A DNA stretch of 64,000 nucleotides. Origin: an uncultured Ignavibacteria bacterium. GTDB taxonomy: Bacteria; Bacteroidota; Ignavibacteria; Kapaibacteriales; Kapaibacteriaceae. Below the pieces are notes generated by a model. That model was not told the origin of the DNA. It made no database searches and worked only from the letters and a program-made list of their open reading frames with translations. A program made the translations under genes and the position numbers. The DNA lies in the NCBI GenBank assembly GCA_937870915.1, contig CALMZQ010000166.1:66-64065 (forward strand), written 5' to 3'. Every line of letters begins with the position of its first letter. Position 1 is the stretch's first letter. Positions 59,466 to 64,000 of this stretch are shown here, piece after piece.

Positions 59466-60833
59466 TTATGGAAAGGTGTACGATGCAACGATCTGAGCGC
59501 CGAGAAAGACTGCTGAATGCTCCGACATGCTAAAACTAGCGCTCCAATCCAGACCAATGTTGTTCTTCCATGTGATCTCATCAAAGCTCGACGACAGTCC
59601 GAATTGATATGTTGCTGTGCCGCGTATGCCAACAGCAATGCTTTGAGAAACGGCGTACATCACTTGTAGATTCCACGTGGCATCGAGGGCTAGTCCATTG
59701 CCGGTAGATGTAAGGTTTGTGGTATCAAGGTACGTGCGCGTACGATACCAAAGGAGAGAAGGCCCCAAACCTATCGTTGTGGTCACACCCAACTTCCTTA
59801 GTCCAACATCATCAATAGCAAGGATCTGCCATGTTCCCAGTAGTTGAATCAAGAATTCGTCCATGCCCAGAGAGTTCTGCAGAGTGAGGTCATCGATTGT
59901 AGGGGGCTGGGCATTGATTGTAGCGCGGAGACCAACATCAAAGGAAGGTTCAATTGCTATGGATGCATCAAGTCCGAATGAATACGTCATAGGCTGAAAC
60001 ACAAGTCGTGATCCACTCGGTCCGTCTCCCGAGGTCGTAACCGTTGCAGTTGGCTCCTTTCTTGTTGACAAGAAGCCTCCGAATCCGGCAAACGACCATC
60101 CCATTCGTCTTGTATGGACGATCTCAAATGCTGTACCGGGCCCAAGATCGTCCTTAGGTTCCTTTACGCAAACGATCAACTCAGGCGGAGCGCCGTTTGT
60201 ATAAGCGCGCTGGGGGCAGGTGACGTCCACTGCATAACGATAGAGTGACACGTTTCCGTCTACACGATACCAGTTTGACGATGTTGAACCAACATCACCT
60301 GTTAGGGACTCAATTTGACCGGTTGAGATACACGTGAATGCCTTTGACTGTAAATCAGTCTGGGGTGTAAACACCAGTGAGTCTGAGAGGAGAAGATTGT
60401 CGTCGGACGCTAAAAGAGGAATGCCCGTTTTGATGGTACCATCAAATAAACGGACTGAGACTGGCTTGACCCTTGGATTGAACGATCGTTTTGGAGATAC
60501 TCGGCCAAGTATACGAATCATTAAAGAGTCGTTGATGAATGCATCTGTCTTACTGGCAAGGAGCTTCTCATAGTACATCAAGTACCGCTCAAGAGTGGGA
60601 ATCTCTTCGGCGGTAAACGCGAGGGTGTCAACATCGAGACCATTTCGCATTCCTATGAAACGCACTCCATTTGTACGCACTACCCTCAACGAATCCATAG
60701 GGCCAAATCGACGTGCTATGCCAAAATATGCTTGAACACTATTCGATACGGTAGAGCCTATGCGTGGGAGTTGGGAGACGGCAGGAGCAACCATAGCGCA
60801 GAATAATGCTATGCCGGCCACAAGGTATCTCAT
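59466..60833 (-). CDS. hypothetical secreted / outer-membrane protein
   Basis: Signal peptide MRYLVAGIALFCAMVAPAVSQ. The C-terminal half has an alternating beta-strand pattern ending ...FLGAQIVASYTFP. ATGA overlap with the upstream lipoprotein gene. Confidence 0.5.
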   Translation of the reverse strand: MRYLVAGIALFCAMVAPAVSQLPRIGSTVSNSVQAYFGIARRFGPMDSLRVVRTNGVRFIGMRNGLDVDTLAFTAEEIPTLERYLMYYEKLLASKTDAFINDSLMIRILGRVSPKRSFNPRVKPVSVRLFDGTIKTGIPLLASDDNLLLSDSLVFTPQTDLQSKAFTCISTGQIESLTGDVGSTSSNWYRVDGNVSLYRYAVDVTCPQRAYTNGAPPELIVCVKEPKDDLGPGTAFEIVHTRRMGWSFAGFGGFLSTRKEPTATVTTSGDGPSGSRLVFQPMTYSFGLDASIAIEPSFDVGLRATINAQPPTIDDLTLQNSLGMDEFLIQLLGTWQILAIDDVGLRKLGVTTTIGLGPSLLWYRTRTYLDTTNLTSTGNGLALDATWNLQVMYAVSQSIAVGIRGTATYQFGLSSSFDEITWKNNIGLDWSASFSMSEHSAVFLGAQIVASYTFP

Positions 60834-61567
60834 TCTACTACCGGAAGGACTTGATTAAACTCCGGCATGATCATACGATACTTCACTCCGTCACTGAAGA
60901 GCACGGGCCTAGTCGTTACGACCGACCGACTTATCTTCAGTAACAGCTCCCCTCCGTTAGTGTTCACGGTTGCGAAATCTGAGGAATTGAATGATACAGT
61001 GGACCTGTAAACATCATTGAATGTTTTTGATCGGAGTAGACGTGTTGACCCATTGGCGTATTCATAGATCCCTGCTATCAACACCTCGTCTGCGCGAAGG
61101 CCAGGAGAAATCGTGACCACGAGTCCGTGAGTCTTTGATGCAACTGGCTCTCCTACAACACTCGTGAGGTCTCCAAGAGGAAGACTCGTGGAACTTCGGT
61201 ACTTGTTCGGGCTGTGATATTCAAGTTTGAGGCTGCTGGTTGCTCGAGATAAGTATAGCTTCTCGGGTGTTCCTCGAAATGGAAATCCATAGAGGAGATT
61301 CCGAGGCTCTCCGTTGACAAAGAGAGTGGCACCTGCGACCTGTTCAACTTCGTATCCAGTAAGGCCCGACGTAGCCTTCATCGTTACTGCCCAATTGTCG
61401 TCGAGCGATTGATACTCGGCATTCACAACGAGGAAGATGCGAGGATATTTATCTATGAGGCTATCACCCACATTTGAATAGGGATCGGCCGGAATGCCAA
61501 TATAGTGATTGCAAGAAGTCCCAAGAAGACAGACGAGTGCCGTTGAAAATAAAACCAACTTCTTCAT
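60830..61567 (-). CDS. lipoprotein of unknown function
   Basis: ATG 61567 with a GGAGGG SD. MKKLVLFSTALVCLLGTSC contains a lipobox. Confidence 0.6.
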   Translation of the reverse strand: MKKLVLFSTALVCLLGTSCNHYIGIPADPYSNVGDSLIDKYPRIFLVVNAEYQSLDDNWAVTMKATSGLTGYEVEQVAGATLFVNGEPRNLLYGFPFRGTPEKLYLSRATSSLKLEYHSPNKYRSSTSLPLGDLTSVVGEPVASKTHGLVVTISPGLRADEVLIAGIYEYANGSTRLLRSKTFNDVYRSTVSFNSSDFATVNTNGGELLLKISRSVVTTRPVLFSDGVKYRMIMPEFNQVLPVVE

Positions 61568-61623
61568 GATACCCTCCACATAACAGAAAACGGCCAGAAA
61601 CATTTGCTTCTGACCGTGTCTTG

Positions 61624-61697
61624 CTCCGCAGCAGGGACTTGAACCCCGGACCCTCTGATTAACAGTCAGATGCTCTAACCAGCTGAGCTACTGCGGA
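61624..61697 (-). tRNA. tRNA-Asn (anticodon GTT)
   Basis: Hand-folded 74-nt cloverleaf on the minus strand: acceptor TCCGCAG/CTGCGGA, D-arm GCTC-AGCTGGTTA-GAGC, anticodon arm TCTGA-CTGTTAA-TCAGA, T-arm CGGGG-TTCAAGT-CCCTG, discriminator G. No encoded CCA. Confidence 0.9.
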
Positions 61698-61744
61698 ATA
61701 GGACTGCGAATATACGGGTTCCGCCAAAACCCACAAAACCGCTT

Positions 61745-61800
61745 CGTAACGTCGTAACCCCGTAACCCCGTAACCCCGTAACTCCGTAACCCCGTAACCT
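61745..61800. repeat. 8-nt tandem array CGTAACCC x7
   Basis: Units: CGTAACGT, CGTAACCC x3, CGTAACTC, CGTAACCC, CGTAACCT. It lies between tRNA-Asn and recO. The complement reads (GGGGTTAC)n. Confidence 0.9.
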
Positions 61801-61801
61801 C

Positions 61802-61822
61802 GGGCGAGGCGGGGCCTCGCCC
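61802..61822. other. GC-rich perfect hairpin (9-bp stem, 3-nt loop)
   Basis: GGGCGAGGC-GGG-GCCTCGCCC directly abuts the octamer array. There is no flanking U-tract on either strand. Confidence 0.6.
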
Positions 61823-61853
61823 CTACTCCTTCGTAACTCTGTATCTTCCTCCC

Positions 61854-62555
61854 ATGATCGTCTCGTCCGAAGCCATCGTTCTTCACTCACGCCGTTTCGG
61901 TGATTCATCGCGGATTGTGACGTTGTATTCTTTGGATTTGGGCATGGTAACGGTAGTAGCAAAGGGCGCTCGTACGATGAAGTCGTCGTTTGGGGCTGCC
62001 TTGGAGCCCCTTTCCCATGTTCGATGCACCATCTATCACGGCCGGAACAAGGAACTTCACACGATATCCGCTGCAGAGACAGTGAGGGCCAGGAAACGGG
62101 TAGGGGGCTCTCTGGATCTTCTCCGTGCCGGATTGCTCATGTGCGACGCATTAATGCGTACACAGGCTCGGGAACAGCCGGATACACGGGTGTTTGAGCT
62201 CATTGCCGATGCTTTAGAGCGACTGGAGTGGGTGGAGGAGTCCGTTGCTTACAGCGTAAGTCTCTTCATGCGCCTGGCCTTGGCCGAGATCATGGGGTTT
62301 GGTCTGCCGGCCTCGCCTTCGCCAGTTAGCGGGGTGGTGCGTGTTGGAATTACCGATGGTGTGGCTCGGAGTGACGGTGAAGACGGACTTCGTTTGGCAC
62401 ATTCTGTATATGCTCATGTGTTATCTGTACTTGCGGGCGAAATGCGAGAGATCCCGGAACATGACCAGATAGACCTTGAAGGATTCCTCTCTCTGTACTT
62501 TTCGCATCACCTTGATAAGCGTATTCCGTCCAATGCGTTCAACGCCATGCGATGA
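61854..62555 (+). CDS. recO: DNA repair protein RecO
   Basis: The N-terminal OB-fold pattern SEAIVLHSRRFGDSSRIVTLYSLDLGMVTVVAKGAR is typical of RecO. 233 aa. Confidence 0.85.
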   Translation: MIVSSEAIVLHSRRFGDSSRIVTLYSLDLGMVTVVAKGARTMKSSFGAALEPLSHVRCTIYHGRNKELHTISAAETVRARKRVGGSLDLLRAGLLMCDALMRTQAREQPDTRVFELIADALERLEWVEESVAYSVSLFMRLALAEIMGFGLPASPSPVSGVVRVGITDGVARSDGEDGLRLAHSVYAHVLSVLAGEMREIPEHDQIDLEGFLSLYFSHHLDKRIPSNAFNAMR

Positions 62556-62572
62556 ACCCCGTATATTGAAGG

Positions 62573-63871
62573 ATGGCTTGGAGTATTGCGCTTACATTGT
62601 TTTTTGTGTTTCTCAACGGATTCTTCGTTGCGGCTGAGTTCGCTATCGTTAAGGTCCGTTCGTCGCAGATCGAGCTCAAGGCTCGTGAAGGGAATTTCTT
62701 TGCAGGTATAGCCAAGGGGATCCTTGAGCATCTTGATGCGTACCTCAGTGCCTCACAACTCGGTATCACGCTCGCATCCCTGGGTCTGGGATGGATAGGT
62801 GAAAGTGTTGTTTCCACGATCGTAGCTGATGCGGCTCACATGATGGGCATCAATATGGATGCAGCAGTGCTCCATACGATCTCCGTTGTTATTGCCTTTG
62901 CAATTATCACGGTGCTGCATATCGTGGTAGGTGAGCAGGCTCCAAAGACGTTTGCTATCCGCAGGTCTGAGTCCGTGACTCTCGCCGTTGCAATTCCGAT
63001 GCGCATCTTTTTTGTGGTGTTCCGTCCGGTGATCTTTGTCCTCAACTGGATGTCGAATGCCATGTTGAGCATGGTTGGTATCGAACCGGCAACGGAACAC
63101 GACGTTCACTCGCCAGAAGAACTCCGCTATCTCATCGCAGAAAGCTCTAAGCAAGGGGCTTTAGAATTCTCTGAGCGTGAACTGATCGAAAACGTCTTTG
63201 AATTCACAGAGACTACTGCAGATCAGGTGATGGTGCCGCGTTCAAAGATCGTTGCCTTGGACAGCACACTGCCGGTGGACGCCTTGCTGGACAGGGTAAT
63301 GCATGAAGGGTACTCGCGTCTGCCGGTGTACCGTGGCTCCATAGACAACATCGTTGGCATCGTCTACGCTAAGGATCTTCTTACGTTGATGCACCACAAG
63401 GACCTTATCATCCTAGAGGATATTCTGCATGCCCCCTACGTGGTGCAAGAGGATGTGAAGATCAAACGACTCCTACGTGATATGCAGCGCGACAAAGTGC
63501 ACCTCGCTATCGTGATCGACGAGTTTGGTGGCACCGCGGGCATGCTCACTCTTGAGAATATCATCGAAGAACTTGTTGGCAATATTCAAGATGAGTATGA
63601 CGATGAAGCGCCACTCGTAGAGCGACATACGTCTGGTTCATATGAACTTGATGCAGCCATACATATCGATGAAGCAAATGACATGCTCCCTATACCGTTG
63701 CCCGAAAGTGATGACTACGAAACGCTTGGCGGACTCATCAACGTGCAAGCCGGACGTATCCCATTTGTTGGTGATGTTGTGATGTTACACGACTATGTAT
63801 GCACGATCCTCGAAAGCTCACCAAGACGTGTGGAAAGAGTTCGTCTCGTAGCAAAAGTGCCCCACTCGTAA
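62573..63871 (+). CDS. CNNM/DUF21 - CBS pair - CorC_HlyC domain protein (hemolysin-family / Mg-Co efflux-like)
   Basis: N-terminal 4-TM DUF21 (FFVAAEFAIVKVR, GEQAPK), a CBS pair (VMVPRSKIVAL...RLPVY; VVQEDVKIKRLLRDMQRDKVHLAIVIDEFGGTAGMLTLENIIEELVG), and a C-terminal CorC_HlyC-like segment. Confidence 0.85.
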   Translation: MAWSIALTLFFVFLNGFFVAAEFAIVKVRSSQIELKAREGNFFAGIAKGILEHLDAYLSASQLGITLASLGLGWIGESVVSTIVADAAHMMGINMDAAVLHTISVVIAFAIITVLHIVVGEQAPKTFAIRRSESVTLAVAIPMRIFFVVFRPVIFVLNWMSNAMLSMVGIEPATEHDVHSPEELRYLIAESSKQGALEFSERELIENVFEFTETTADQVMVPRSKIVALDSTLPVDALLDRVMHEGYSRLPVYRGSIDNIVGIVYAKDLLTLMHHKDLIILEDILHAPYVVQEDVKIKRLLRDMQRDKVHLAIVIDEFGGTAGMLTLENIIEELVGNIQDEYDDEAPLVERHTSGSYELDAAIHIDEANDMLPIPLPESDDYETLGGLINVQAGRIPFVGDVVMLHDYVCTILESSPRRVERVRLVAKVPHS

Positions 63872-64000
63872 TGACACGTGTTGCTGTGGTTATCGTGTGT
63901 GTTGCAATGATGGCAGCATGTGCGTCTGTTCCGCCACGCATGGCCTTGCTCAGGTCCTGTCCAGACGTAAAGCCAGTGACAACGATGAAGGTGCCATACC
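63871..64000 (+). CDS. partial CDS (5' end only), putative lipoprotein
   Basis: ATG 63871 overlaps the previous stop (TAATG). MTRVAVVIVCVAMMAACASV is a lipobox-like signal. The ORF runs off the window end. Confidence 0.4.
   Translation, partial: MTRVAVVIVCVAMMAACASVPPRMALLRSCPDVKPVTTMKVPY

Noticed and set aside
61659-61962. Two minus-strand ORFs (75 and 95 aa, ...GYGVTGLRGYGVT...)
   Set aside because: They read through the CGTAACCC array and the tRNA-Asn gene, and overlap the recO start. They are an artefact of the stop-free strand of the array.

Overview
This is a dense, almost fully coding 64-kb chromosomal segment of about 55 genes, many with 1-8 nt start/stop overlaps. From content alone I guess an FCB-group bacterium (Ignavibacteria/Chlorobi/Bacteroidetes-like). 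The reasons are four large secreted proteins ending in type IX secretion (T9SS) C-terminal sorting domains, a CarboxypepD_reg-type TonB-dependent receptor, and a PD40/OmpA protein. Core content: S41 Ctp protease, LD-carboxypeptidase, PBP1A, FAH-family hydrolase, kynurenine 3-monooxygenase, aat, trmB, secD-secF, a STAS protein, purA, Ppx/GppA, HtrA, kup, a hicBA toxin-antitoxin pair, a DinB-family protein, a glutaryl-CoA-dehydrogenase-like ACAD, the conserved rimP-nusA-infB-rbfA-truB-ribF-rpsO / pnp block, prolyl oligopeptidase, GNAT, tRNA-Asn(GTT), recO and a CNNM/CorC protein. I saw no rRNA, CRISPR, transposase, integrase or phage genes. Four things are worth a second look. (i) Seven head-to-tail micro-repeat arrays (units of 7, 8 or 13 nt) lie in intergenic DNA. 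Every unit embeds a stop codon and no period is a multiple of 3, so each array closes all reading frames on the sense strand of the neighbouring gene. One pair forms a roughly 150-bp composite palindrome in a divergent promoter. (ii) PNPase carries a roughly 125-aa RGG plus (DERPR)x9 tail encoded by a 15-nt DNA repeat. (iii) A TonB-dependent receptor is coupled to a 1338-aa T9SS protein that is an ancient internal tandem duplication. (iv) There are several uncharacterised lipoprotein/outer-membrane pairs and a possible 38-aa membrane micro-ORF. All functional calls rest on motif recognition by eye; no searches were run.
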